In this document: piece after piece, positions 1 through 8,788 of the stretch
Layout of the letters: every line of letters starts with the position of its first letter
Numbering within the stretch: position 1 is the stretch's first letter
IMG/VR virus record: IMGVR_UViG_3300042308_001511
Span: 186,001 to 250,000 of that record
Strand: one strand, 5' to 3'
Length of the DNA stretch: 64,000 nt
Position numbers and translations under genes: made by a program
Notes under the pieces: generated by a model
Told to the model about the DNA's origin: nothing
The model's database searches: none
Seen by the model: the letters and a program-made list of their open reading frames with translations, nothing else

Positions 1-162
1 TATATGGAATACCAGACGTGGCCTGGTGGATACATTGAAGGTTTTATAAGAATGGATAGTGATGATCCAAGATTTGGTGAGTATATTGTTTGGACTTATA
101 TAAAGATGGATAAACTAAGAGACATAATTGAGAAATTTGAAAATAAAATAAAACTTTTTTAA
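1..162 (+). CDS. Hypothetical protein, 3' end only
   Basis: Frame 1 is open from base 1 to TAA at 160-162, which overlaps the next ATG (TAATG). Confidence 0.6.
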   Translation, partial: YMEYQTWPGGYIEGFIRMDSDDPRFGEYIVWTYIKMDKLRDIIEKFENKIKLF

Positions 163-623
163 TGAGAATTGAATATATCAAAGATATTAATGGTCAAAAT
201 TATTTGGCTATAAAAGTCAAATTATCAAATATACAACCATTTTTGGATAGACTTGAATCTGAATTAGGTGAAGACTTTTTATTATACACTGGTAACCAAA
301 TTGCAAGAGATGGTGGTAAATATCATATAACTGTTATAAACGTTATGGATTACGGAAGATTGGTAAAATCTTTGGGGATGGATAAATTTTTATCAGGACT
401 TGAGCCTATTTTGGAATATGAAATAGATGATTTGGATATGTTAGGTGTTGGAAAAGCAGAGTCTAAAGGTAACACTTCATATTTTGTAGTTTGTGAATCT
501 GATAAATTAGATGCGGTGAGGACAAGATTTGGATTACCTAAACAGGACTTTCATATTACTTTAGGATTTGATAAAAAAGATGTTTTTGGTGTTACTAAGG
601 ACAAAAGTTCTTTGTTAGACTAA
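162..623 (+). CDS. 2H phosphoesterase family protein
   Basis: Two HxT motifs (YHITVI, FHITLGF) about 75 aa apart in a 153-aa protein, the 2H signature. Confidence 0.8.
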   Translation: MRIEYIKDINGQNYLAIKVKLSNIQPFLDRLESELGEDFLLYTGNQIARDGGKYHITVINVMDYGRLVKSLGMDKFLSGLEPILEYEIDDLDMLGVGKAESKGNTSYFVVCESDKLDAVRTRFGLPKQDFHITLGFDKKDVFGVTKDKSSLLD

Positions 624-668
624 AAATGGGTTTTACACTATGATATATAATCAAAAAAATAGACACGA

Positions 669-953
669 ATGAGGCTTTACACTTACTATAGCATCGACGA
701 GTGCAACAATACCAAAAGACTGAAGAAAGAGCTCAATATATATGACCATCAGGGAAAGATTGAGTATGATTTTGACCGTGTTAATTCGATATTGAAAATT
801 GAGGATTTGGATCTTGAGGACAATGATGTAGAATATCTAATTGAATTATTCGAAGATCTTGAGGTGTATCCGAATATGGATATGGATGGTGATGATGGTG
901 ACGACGATGATAATTACGGATACTATGATCGTGATGATGATGACGATTACTAA
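669..953 (+). CDS. Hypothetical protein with acidic C-terminal tail
   Basis: 94-aa ORF after a TATATAA box; D-rich tail. Confidence 0.7.
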   Translation: MRLYTYYSIDECNNTKRLKKELNIYDHQGKIEYDFDRVNSILKIEDLDLEDNDVEYLIELFEDLEVYPNMDMDGDDGDDDDNYGYYDRDDDDDY

Positions 954-955
954 AT

Positions 956-987
956 AAAAAAAGAAGGCGATTGGCCTTCTTTTTTTA
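956..987. terminator. Bidirectional intrinsic terminator
   Basis: AAAAAAAGAAGGC-GATTG-GCCTTCTTTTTTT between convergent genes. Confidence 0.85.
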
Positions 988-990
988 TTA

Positions 991-1218
991 TTAGTGGTTT
1001 ATGATTTCGAAAAGTTGGTCTTTTAGTTTCAACCTTTTTTTTCTCAATAGTGTAAGTTCATCATCTGTGTAAACCTCGTTGGATTCCAACCGATGTATAT
1101 CTTTATCGACTTTATGATAATCGTCGAAAAGTTTTCTGAAGTGATTGTCGCTAATCTTTAAATCGTGTATGCGTTGGTCATGCTTCTCAAATTCGTGGTG
1201 TAAATCGTGCTTTTCCAT
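991..1218 (-). CDS. DUF465/YdcH-like coiled-coil protein
   Basis: HDLHHEF...DNHFRKLFDDYH...LRKKRLKLKD pattern typical of YdcH/DUF465. Confidence 0.75.
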   Translation of the reverse strand: MEKHDLHHEFEKHDQRIHDLKISDNHFRKLFDDYHKVDKDIHRLESNEVYTDDELTLLRKKRLKLKDQLFEIINH

Positions 1219-1296
1219 AATACTTCCTTATTTTTGTATATAAGTTATATACATTATGTGCAGTTTGGTTTTTTCTTAAAATAAATATATAAATCA

Positions 1297-1560
1297 GTGA
1301 AAAATTTGATTTTTGTCATATTGTTGTTTATTAGTCTTTCGACATTGTCACAGAAGACTAAAAAACCTATTGTTAGAGACAGTATAGTTGAGATTATTTA
1401 CACAGATGGAACTCATCGAAAGATGGTTTGGGTAAATGATAGCACCGTAATGTTAGTTATGAGTGATGTTAAAGGTCGTGGCTTCTCTAAGGCATACATA
1501 GATCCGGAATTTGCCACCAGAGAAAAAAGAATTTATTTTATAATAAAATTCGAGGACTAA
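1297..1560 (+). CDS. Secreted hypothetical protein
   Basis: MKNLIFVILLFISLSTLS-Q: Sec signal peptide with Gln at +1, typical of Bacteroidota. Confidence 0.65.
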   Translation: MKNLIFVILLFISLSTLSQKTKKPIVRDSIVEIIYTDGTHRKMVWVNDSTVMLVMSDVKGRGFSKAYIDPEFATREKRIYFIIKFED

Positions 1561-2294
1561 GACATCTTATTACTTTTCCTTAGGTTATCTTCCCAATAAA
1601 GAGGTTGGAAGTTAGTGTAATGGTTTAACTTGTAGACTTCCTCTTCGTTCTGTGCGGACGATATTGGTATGATGTGATCCATATGCCAATAAGTTCCCTG
1701 GTTTTCCCAACACATGTTTTCGTCGAATTGTGATTCGAGATGTAGTTTAAACTCCTCGAAGGTACATCCCAGTATTTCTATGGTCTTTTTTGATTTTTCG
1801 GTAAAGCATCTTTTTACCGAGTTTCTTATAAGTGAACGTATATTGAATTTCATTTTGAAGAAAGGATCGGTTTTGAGTTTTTCGGTTACGTATTCTTTCT
1901 TTTTTTCTTTTTGATTGTTAGTGTGGTAGTTTTCTCTTTTTTTTATTTTTAAGAGCTCTTTTTTATCAGTAGAAAGATTTCGATAATATTCTTTTTTCCT
2001 CTCTGATACTAAGTCTTTATTGTTCTCGCGAAATTCCTTCTGTTTCTCCTTAATCGTATCTGAATTTTTTTCACGATACTCCTTAAAATACTCGTTTCTA
2101 TTGTTTTCCAATTTATATTTTCTATAATACTCTTTATGTTTTTCTTTATTGTTCTGGTAATATGTTGGATCGTACTCCTTTTTATATCTTTCACCAGAAC
2201 ACTTCTTACAATAATAACCTTTCGGTTTATTGTTTTTGAGATAGAAATCCGAATAGTGTTTATCGGTATCACATCCTTTACACCTTCTTTCCAT
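1557..2294 (-). CDS. HNH homing endonuclease
   Basis: N-terminal CxxC...CxxC, K/E-rich helical linker, C-terminal WHMDHIIPIS...HYTNFQPL...DNLRKSN HNH motif. Confidence 0.85.
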   Translation of the reverse strand: MERRCKGCDTDKHYSDFYLKNNKPKGYYCKKCSGERYKKEYDPTYYQNNKEKHKEYYRKYKLENNRNEYFKEYREKNSDTIKEKQKEFRENNKDLVSERKKEYYRNLSTDKKELLKIKKRENYHTNNQKEKKKEYVTEKLKTDPFFKMKFNIRSLIRNSVKRCFTEKSKKTIEILGCTFEEFKLHLESQFDENMCWENQGTYWHMDHIIPISSAQNEEEVYKLNHYTNFQPLYWEDNLRKSNKMS

Positions 2295-2412
2295 TTTTGA
2301 TATTTCTATTTTTTATGCTCCTACGATACATATTTTTACAAGCTCTCCTACAAAATACGGCATGTAATCTCATATCAACTATCTCTTTCTCACACCATTT
2401 ACATTTCTTCAT
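2278..2412 (-). CDS. Small zinc-finger protein (44 aa, not in ORF track)
   Basis: MKKCKWCEKEIVDMRLHAVFCRRACKNMYRRSIKNRNIKNGKKV*; CxxC and FCxxxC; overlaps the HNH start by 17 nt; follows a TATATA box. Confidence 0.6.
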   Translation of the reverse strand: MKKCKWCEKEIVDMRLHAVFCRRACKNMYRRSIKNRNIKNGKKV

Positions 2413-2467
2413 ACGATATATATAAAAATTTATGTATCCCTTTTCGTTTTTATTTGGATGAAATACC

Positions 2468-2479
2468 TATATTTGTAGA
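2468..2479 (+). promoter_or_regulatory. Bacteroidota-type -7 promoter box TATATTTGTAGA
   Basis: Matches TAnnTTTG; the same 12-mer recurs at 5623, and on the minus strand at 58963-58974 and 60083-60094, always upstream of a gene start. Confidence 0.65.
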
Positions 2480-2522
2480 GAAGAAACAATAACACTAATA
2501 ACAAATCTAAAAACGAGATATT

Positions 2523-3146
2523 ATGAGTAACTTATTTGCCAAAGCGAAAAAAACAGCACCAGCCAAAACTACTAAGGCTAAGGAACAAAAAGTTAGAATC
2601 CCGGTTGAGGATCCAGACTTCTTCGAGAAGGTTTCAAAGTTGGAGGAGTTGAATGATAGTATGAAATCTGCCAAAGCTAAAGCTGATCTTATCTCTGATG
2701 AGTTAAAGGGCATCGCCAAAGACAAATGGGTTGAATTGTACCAAGATACGAAAAAGAACCCTGAGTCTGTGATGATTGTACAGGAGAACGCGATTGGTGA
2801 CACAGCACAGTTTATGTTCGTACCTACTGATCGTTATATCACAATCAACGAGGAGCGTGCTGAGGAGTTGAAGGAGGTATACGGTGACGACATCGTAGAC
2901 GAGAAGACTACATTCTCATTCGATGATCTAATGATTGAGAAGTATGGAGAGATTCTTTCTGAGTTGATTGAGAATTGTGATGAAATTCCCGACAAAGATA
3001 AAGAAAAGATTATCAAAGCTACGACTAGCTACTCTGTTGCAAAAGGAACAATTGATAAGTTCTTAGTGTATGGTGAGGCAGTGGAATTGATGGAGACGGT
3101 CAAACCAGTCGTTGCGATCAAGAATGTCGAAGTAATCAAAGGATAA
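2523..3146 (+). CDS. Hypothetical phage protein (probable early gene)
   Basis: 207-aa ORF behind a TATATTTGTAGA box; K-rich N-terminus and acidic body. Confidence 0.8.
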   Translation: MSNLFAKAKKTAPAKTTKAKEQKVRIPVEDPDFFEKVSKLEELNDSMKSAKAKADLISDELKGIAKDKWVELYQDTKKNPESVMIVQENAIGDTAQFMFVPTDRYITINEERAEELKEVYGDDIVDEKTTFSFDDLMIEKYGEILSELIENCDEIPDKDKEKIIKATTSYSVAKGTIDKFLVYGEAVELMETVKPVVAIKNVEVIKG

Positions 3147-3202
3147 CACACTCACGAGTTGGTAATCCGCTGTAAAACAAATTTTTGTTTCTCGTATATA
3201 AT

Positions 3203-3290
3203 GTGCCCGGCAAAGCCTCTTCTCTAACTTATCGTTAGAGAACGTAGCCGGCAGGAGTAGCCCAGAAACGTACTGGGTGACGCCTCCTGA
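3203..3290 (+). ncRNA. Candidate structured RNA, family unassigned
   Basis: GC-rich island after TATATAA with four helices: CCGGC/GCCGG, TTCTCTAAC/GTTAGAGAA, CAGGAG/CTCCTG, CCCAG/CTGGG. Confidence 0.45.
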
Positions 3291-3336
3291 TTATAAAAAA
3301 TATATTTCGAATATGGACTACGTAATAGATAACAAA

Positions 3337-3501
3337 ATGAAAGAAATTATAGTTGGATTAGCTAAGTCTCTTCCGAACGACCAGGATCTCGGAAAACGAT
3401 TCAGAAGTGAACAGGTCTTCCACGGCATCAGCTTGGAATTTCCGAATGATCAGGAATTGGGTAAAGAATTGAGAAAAATATATTTAATATCTAATAAGTA
3501 A
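3337..3501 (+). CDS. Small protein with duplicated PNDQ-x-LG-K motif
   Basis: PNDQDLGKRFR and PNDQELGKELR. Start is more likely ATG 3337 (or 3313) than the GTG at 3277, which lies inside the hairpin. Confidence 0.65.
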   Translation: MKEIIVGLAKSLPNDQDLGKRFRSEQVFHGISLEFPNDQELGKELRKIYLISNK

Positions 3502-3533
3502 TAGAAATATGGTGTCTTTTATATATAGATACT

Positions 3534-5453
3534 ATGACTAGATATGAAATTATTGAGAAAATAACTGGTAATAAACCAGTTTGTGTTAAAGAAAGTTATT
3601 TTTCTAAAAATCATAAAGAAATTTATGATAACATTATTGTGCATTATGACCGGTCAATGGTTATAATGCCTATTTTATTTAAAGAAAAAATATGGCTTTG
3701 GGTAAATGAAAAAAAGGATTTACCGAAGTGTCACTGTGGTAATTATACTAAGTTTAGTAGTTGGAAGGATGGTTATAGAAGAAACTGTTCGGTTAAGTGT
3801 TCATCTATTGATCCACTTCGTGTTGAGAATTGTAAAAAATCTGTATATGAAAAATATGGATCTGAAAGTTATTTCAATAGTGATGATTGTAAAAAGAAGA
3901 CAATTGAAAAAAACTTAGAAAAATGGGGAGTCAATCATTATTCTAAGACAGATGAATATAAAGAAAAAATTAGGGAAACTAATAGAAGTAAATGGGGAGT
4001 TGACCATTATTCTAAGACAGATGAATTTAGAGAAAGGGTAAAAGAAACTAATTTAAAGAATTTGGGAGTTGAGAATCCATTCCAATCGGAAGTTATTAAG
4101 GACAAAATACGTGAAGTTAATATATCAAAATGGGGAGTTGATAATTACACAAAGACTGATGAGTATATAGAAAGGGTAAAAGAGACAAACCAGAATAAAT
4201 GGGGTTCTGAATGGTATACACAAACAGAATACTGGAAAGAGAAAACTAAAGAAACTTCATTGAATAAGTGGGGAGTTGATCATTATTCTAAGACGGATGA
4301 TTTTAAGGAAAAGGTTAAACAGACTTCATTGGATAAGTGGGGAGTTACAAGTTACACTAAAACAGATGAGTATAAGAATAAGACTAAGTTAACAAATATA
4401 CAACGTTGGGGTGATGTAAGTCACACACTAAATGAGATATATCGTGTTGAGAATTATGGTGTTGCACAGAATAAAAATTACATAAAACATTTAGGTAATG
4501 GTTACAACTTATTTGGTTGTGATTGTGGATGTACGCATGAGTTTGAGATATTAACCACTACATATATATCAAGATTTACGTCAGGGTCTTCTTTATGTAC
4601 AATTTGTTATCCAGTTGGTAAGACTAAGTCTTTTATGGAACAAGACGTTTTTGATTTCATTAGTTCTAATTATTCTGGTGAAATCGTTTCTGGTTATAGA
4701 GATGGTTTAGAAATTGATATTTATTTGCCTGAGTTGTCATTGGGTTTCGAATTCAATGGACTTTGGTGGCATTCTGATAAAAGACTGGATAAAGATTATC
4801 ATTACAATAAAATGAAGTATTTCAATAATAAGGGTATTAGAATCTTTAGTATATGGGAAGATGATTGGGTTAGTCGAAAAGATATATTGAAATCTCAGAT
4901 TGTAAATATTTTGAATAATACTGATAAAAGAATATTTGCACGTAAGTGTAGTGTTTGTGAAATTTCGGTAGTGGATATTCGTAAATTTTTAGGTGATAAT
5001 CATATACAGGGTTTTGTAAATAGTGTTGTTAAATTGGGTTTATTTTATGATGGTGAGCTTGTTTCTGTAATGTCATTCGATAAATTTGAAGGTCGTAAAA
5101 AGATGAATGGTGATGACTGGAATTTGAATAGATTCTGTAATAAGTTAGACCATATTGTTGTGGGTGGTGCATCTAAATTGTTTAGTTATTTTGTAAATAA
5201 TTGGAAACCGAACAGGGTTATAAGTTATGCTGATCAGGATTGGAGTGTTGGTAATATGTATATTAAGTTAGGTTTTGAAATTGTTTCTGAGGGTAAACCT
5301 GATTATAAATACCTTATTGGTAAAAAGAGAATTCATAAGTCAAAGTTTAGAAAATCTAAATTAGGTTTATCTGAAAGTAAAGAGATGGAAAAAAGAGGTA
5401 TACCAAAGGTCTGGGATTGTGGTAAAATTAAATTAGAAATTAAATTCAATTAG
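3534..5453 (+). CDS. Hef-like homing endonuclease with ~20-aa tandem repeats and Vsr/DUF559-like nuclease motif
   Basis: About 8 KWGVxxYxKTxExKEKxKET repeats; EIDIYLPELSLGFEFNGLWWH nuclease motif; FARKC...NHIQG...GGASKL...SYAD...WDCG C-terminal domain. Confidence 0.75.
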   Translation: MTRYEIIEKITGNKPVCVKESYFSKNHKEIYDNIIVHYDRSMVIMPILFKEKIWLWVNEKKDLPKCHCGNYTKFSSWKDGYRRNCSVKCSSIDPLRVENCKKSVYEKYGSESYFNSDDCKKKTIEKNLEKWGVNHYSKTDEYKEKIRETNRSKWGVDHYSKTDEFRERVKETNLKNLGVENPFQSEVIKDKIREVNISKWGVDNYTKTDEYIERVKETNQNKWGSEWYTQTEYWKEKTKETSLNKWGVDHYSKTDDFKEKVKQTSLDKWGVTSYTKTDEYKNKTKLTNIQRWGDVSHTLNEIYRVENYGVAQNKNYIKHLGNGYNLFGCDCGCTHEFEILTTTYISRFTSGSSLCTICYPVGKTKSFMEQDVFDFISSNYSGEIVSGYRDGLEIDIYLPELSLGFEFNGLWWHSDKRLDKDYHYNKMKYFNNKGIRIFSIWEDDWVSRKDILKSQIVNILNNTDKRIFARKCSVCEISVVDIRKFLGDNHIQGFVNSVVKLGLFYDGELVSVMSFDKFEGRKKMNGDDWNLNRFCNKLDHIVVGGASKLFSYFVNNWKPNRVISYADQDWSVGNMYIKLGFEIVSEGKPDYKYLIGKKRIHKSKFRKSKLGLSESKEMEKRGIPKVWDCGKIKLEIKFN

Positions 5454-5489
5454 ATTGTAAATTTAGATTTTAGTCGTATATTTGTTCTG

Positions 5490-5559
5490 TGAGTAGGTTG
5501 GTAACGCATGTATAATGTAGGTCGTTGTGGATGTAAAGGTTCGAGTCCTTTCTACTCTT
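5490..5559 (+). tRNA. Degenerate tRNA-like element (pseudo-tRNA), identity unassignable
   Basis: Acceptor-like GAGTAG/CTACTC and a canonical T-arm AAAGG-TTCGAGT-CCTTT; D and anticodon arms do not fold canonically; TATATTTG box at 5477-5484. Confidence 0.4.
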
Positions 5560-5665
5560 TTTATCTAAATTCAATCTGATAAAAAAAATTAGAAAGATTA
5601 GGTTGTAAATAAAAAAAGTAATTATATTTGTAGAGTAAAAATAAACATAAACTAAAAACAGAAAT

Positions 5666-6823
5666 ATGAGTAACGATTTAGCAACAAAGAATATGGAAAA
5701 CACAAAAGTAGGCAGTATGCCACAATGGATGCTTGAGAAGCTCCACTTATTGACAGATAAAGAGAACGAATACTTATCACTTATGTGGCCTAAGTATGGA
5801 GTTTTGTTCATAACTGCGAAGCCCGGTGTTGCGAAGTCTGCGATTGGTTTGTCAATTGCTAAGAAGTTGGGAATGAGATATATCGATATGCGTTTGTCGA
5901 TGTCTGACGAGGGTGACTTCAAATACCCATACTTAGAGGATTTAGAGTATGATGGTAAGACTTACAAAGTTTCTGGCTACGCTGTGCCGAGATGGGCATT
6001 CGATGCTAACCAGACTCCAACAATCATCCACTTTGAAGAGTTGAACCGTGCTCCTCAGTTCGTAAGAAACGCAGCCTTACAAATCTTGTTAGAGCGTGAG
6101 ATTGGAGACTTCAAATTCAACGATAACGTTCTAATGATGGCATCGGGTAACTTAGGTGACGAGGATGCTACAGACGTAGAAGAGTTCGATGCGGCTTTGA
6201 ACAACCGTTTGATTCACATCGACCACGTGTTGGCAGTGAATGAGTGGATTGAAGACTTCGCCACTGAAAAATGTCACCGCTTGGTTGTCCAGTATATCAA
6301 GACTCACCCTGAGCAGTTGTATAAGACATCAGACAACGCGAAAGGATACGCAACACCGCGTTCTTGGACTATGATGTCGAAGTTCATCACTGAGAACTTT
6401 GGAATGGACGCAGACCCGCGAGAGTTCTTACCTCGTTTGAGAAGAGTGGCACACGGCTATGTAGGAAACTCTGCTCACAAGTTCCTTCAATACTGCGAGG
6501 ATATGATGAACATCAACATCCAGGATGTCCTAAACAACTTCGACGGCATCAAAAAGGACTTGGCAAAATACAACCGAGACAAAAACTCAGAGTTGATTCA
6601 GTCCTTGAAAGAGTTGAACATCTCTGACTTCACAGAGAAACAACTTGGCAACATCGTGAAGTTCTTGAACGGCGTGGGTGATGATGAAAAAACAGCATAT
6701 TTGTTGTGGATTCTCGACAACGTGCCGAACATCGGCGAGCCGAAAATCAAGAAGTTCTTACTCAAGTTCGAGGATTTGTTGAGAACGATCAAAAAGATCA
6801 ACAAGCCTGGTTCGGCTAAATAG
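5666..6823 (+). CDS. MoxR-like AAA+ ATPase
   Basis: Variant Walker A (AKPGVAKS), Walker B (IIHFEELNR), sensor-1 (MASGN), LNNRL and ATPRSW motifs. Confidence 0.8.
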   Translation: MSNDLATKNMENTKVGSMPQWMLEKLHLLTDKENEYLSLMWPKYGVLFITAKPGVAKSAIGLSIAKKLGMRYIDMRLSMSDEGDFKYPYLEDLEYDGKTYKVSGYAVPRWAFDANQTPTIIHFEELNRAPQFVRNAALQILLEREIGDFKFNDNVLMMASGNLGDEDATDVEEFDAALNNRLIHIDHVLAVNEWIEDFATEKCHRLVVQYIKTHPEQLYKTSDNAKGYATPRSWTMMSKFITENFGMDADPREFLPRLRRVAHGYVGNSAHKFLQYCEDMMNINIQDVLNNFDGIKKDLAKYNRDKNSELIQSLKELNISDFTEKQLGNIVKFLNGVGDDEKTAYLLWILDNVPNIGEPKIKKFLLKFEDLLRTIKKINKPGSAK

Positions 6824-6850
6824 AAAGAGGCGCGTAAGCGCCTTTTCTTT
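6822..6850 (+). terminator. Intrinsic terminator
   Basis: AGAAAGAGGCGC-GTAA-GCGCCTTTTCTTT immediately after the stop codon. Confidence 0.8.
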
Positions 6851-6957
6851 TAAACATAATCGAACTTTGTGAATATACTGATTGAGATAAGTGATGAACT
6901 TATTAATAAACAGGTTTCGGTCACAACATACACAGATAATTTTAGATATAAACCACA

Positions 6958-7608
6958 ATGACAGATACAATAGACTTCCGTGACAAGTTCAAAAAGTTCG
7001 GTGGTGATTTCATCCCCGATATAGTTGAATACCTCAAAAACTACTTAGTTCAGGACCCTGGAGTTACAATAACTGTGGGTTGTGACTCAATACAACTAAG
7101 ACGTAAGACTGTTTATGCTATGACAGTTATGCTTTACAATACTGATGTCAAAAGAGGAGCACACGTTGTATTTTTCCGTTTATCGTGTGCTAAAATCAGA
7201 GAGAATCAGGAAAGACTTTACAAAGAGGCACAATATCTACATGATCTTGCAGTTTTCCTAAATGACGGATTAGAATCGTTCTACCAAAGAACGGACCTTA
7301 CTGATATGGAGAAGAAGAGGTACAAATATCATCTTGCTAAGTGTGCGGGTGAGTATTCACATGTTCCTTCTCATCAGGAAGAAGGTGTGATTAGAAATCT
7401 TATTTTGACACCATCGGATTTGATGGAACCTAAATTGGTTGATATACATGTTGACTTCAATCCAGAAGAAGGTGTGAATGGTAGGAATAAATCACATATA
7501 GCATATAAGAGTTTTGTTCCGTGGCTTAGAGGTTTAGGTTTCAGGGTTTGGGGCAAGCCGTTGGCCCACGCCAGCACGAGTGCCGCGGATTTATTACTAA
7601 AAGGATAA
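6958..7608 (+). CDS. RNase H-like YkuK (DUF458) family protein
   Basis: ITVGCDS, E-A in the first helix, DIHVD and A-S-AAD motifs. Confidence 0.75.
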   Translation: MTDTIDFRDKFKKFGGDFIPDIVEYLKNYLVQDPGVTITVGCDSIQLRRKTVYAMTVMLYNTDVKRGAHVVFFRLSCAKIRENQERLYKEAQYLHDLAVFLNDGLESFYQRTDLTDMEKKRYKYHLAKCAGEYSHVPSHQEEGVIRNLILTPSDLMEPKLVDIHVDFNPEEGVNGRNKSHIAYKSFVPWLRGLGFRVWGKPLAHASTSAADLLLKG

Positions 7609-7612
7609 TATT

Positions 7613-7777
7613 ATGTACGAAATTAAAAATGATAAAAGATTCAAAGCATATCATGGTGATATGCCATCTGACTTACTAGATAGGATGCAGATTGTATTGG
7701 CTAGTTATGGTCTCGAGATTGTTAAGAAGGAAAAGGGTGATTTTTACACAGAATACGAAATAGAAGTTATAAAATGA
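7613..7777 (+). CDS. Small hypothetical protein (54 aa, not in ORF track)
   Basis: MYEIKNDKRFKAYHGDMPSDLLDRMQIVLASYGLEIVKKEKGDFYTEYEIEVIK*; fills the gap and overlaps the next start via ATGA. Confidence 0.65.
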   Translation: MYEIKNDKRFKAYHGDMPSDLLDRMQIVLASYGLEIVKKEKGDFYTEYEIEVIK

Positions 7778-8376
7778 AAAGAAAACAACTGAAAGTGATG
7801 GGTCTGTCTTACAGTCAGTCACAGATTGGATCATATGTTATCGTTCTTGGTGAGAAGAAGGGTAATCGTAAACTTCCGGTGATTGTTAAACCAAATGAGG
7901 CACAACATATCGCGGTGAAGCTTGAGAATATAAAACCGGGTAGACCACTCACACACGATCTTTTTCAAAGTATGTCGAGTGCATTCGGAATAGAGGTTTA
8001 TGAGGTATTCATACACTCTTTACTCGAGGGTATATTCTATGCTAAAATGATGGCAACAAATGGCGTACATGATGTTGAGATAGAGTGTTCAGTTGGTGAT
8101 GCTATAGCATTTGCATTGGTTTATAAATGTCCTATTTGGATAAATGAAAGTGTTCTTGGTAGTGCTGGAATAGATATAGATGATGATGGAACTACACCAG
8201 TTGGTTCAGAAGAGTTGAATGATGATGATGACGATGATTCTGAGGTAGAAGATGTGGTCACACATGCAAGTGTTGATGATTTGGAACACCTTATGGCCAA
8301 TGCTATTGCTAATGAAGAATACGAAATCGCTGCTGAAATTCGTGATAAGATTCAAAGTATGAAAGATATTGGTTAG
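7774..8376 (+). CDS. Bifunctional nuclease (BFN/DUF151) with C-terminal UVR coiled coil
   Basis: RKLPVIV...RPLTHDLF...EGIFYA...GDAIAFA, then AIANEEYEIAAEIRDKI (UVR). Confidence 0.85.
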   Translation: MKRKQLKVMGLSYSQSQIGSYVIVLGEKKGNRKLPVIVKPNEAQHIAVKLENIKPGRPLTHDLFQSMSSAFGIEVYEVFIHSLLEGIFYAKMMATNGVHDVEIECSVGDAIAFALVYKCPIWINESVLGSAGIDIDDDGTTPVGSEELNDDDDDDSEVEDVVTHASVDDLEHLMANAIANEEYEIAAEIRDKIQSMKDIG

Positions 8377-8723
8377 GAGTAGAGATACTTCTCGTATTTA
8401 GATTCGTCTCTGAGGTTTATCTCCATAGTGGTCTCTTTCATTGGAGTGGTGAACCTTATACCAACAGACCAAATTTCTTTCGGACTCTCTTTACCATCGA
8501 GTAGTTCGTCTAATATTAGGTCTCTTGTTAGTTCTTTGTCGATCCATTCTTCGTATGTCTCGAGTCTTAGTTTTATTTTCCAGGGAAGTCTTTTGGCAAC
8601 GTAACTATATACACTCTGACGGTATACGTTTGGTTGGCGCATCTGTCCTTTGTAGAGGAATATTGCGAATATGACCACTTTGGTTATGTAATTGTGGTAT
8701 ACCTCGTTTATGTCGAGTTTCAT
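8373..8723 (-). CDS. Hypothetical protein
   Basis: 116-aa ORF convergent with the BFN gene; internal TRDLILDELL resembles the tag motif. Confidence 0.65.
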   Translation of the reverse strand: MKLDINEVYHNYITKVVIFAIFLYKGQMRQPNVYRQSVYSYVAKRLPWKIKLRLETYEEWIDKELTRDLILDELLDGKESPKEIWSVGIRFTTPMKETTMEINLRDESKYEKYLYS

Positions 8724-8788
8724 GTGGTTATCTATTAAACATATAGCATCCTTTTGAATATAAAAGAAGTAAAAATCTATAAAAATAA

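Noticed and set aside
3203-3290. SAM-I or c-di-GMP-I riboswitch
   Set aside because: Only short fragments (CCCGGCAA, GCAAAGCC) resemble them; the remaining conserved cores and helix order do not fit.
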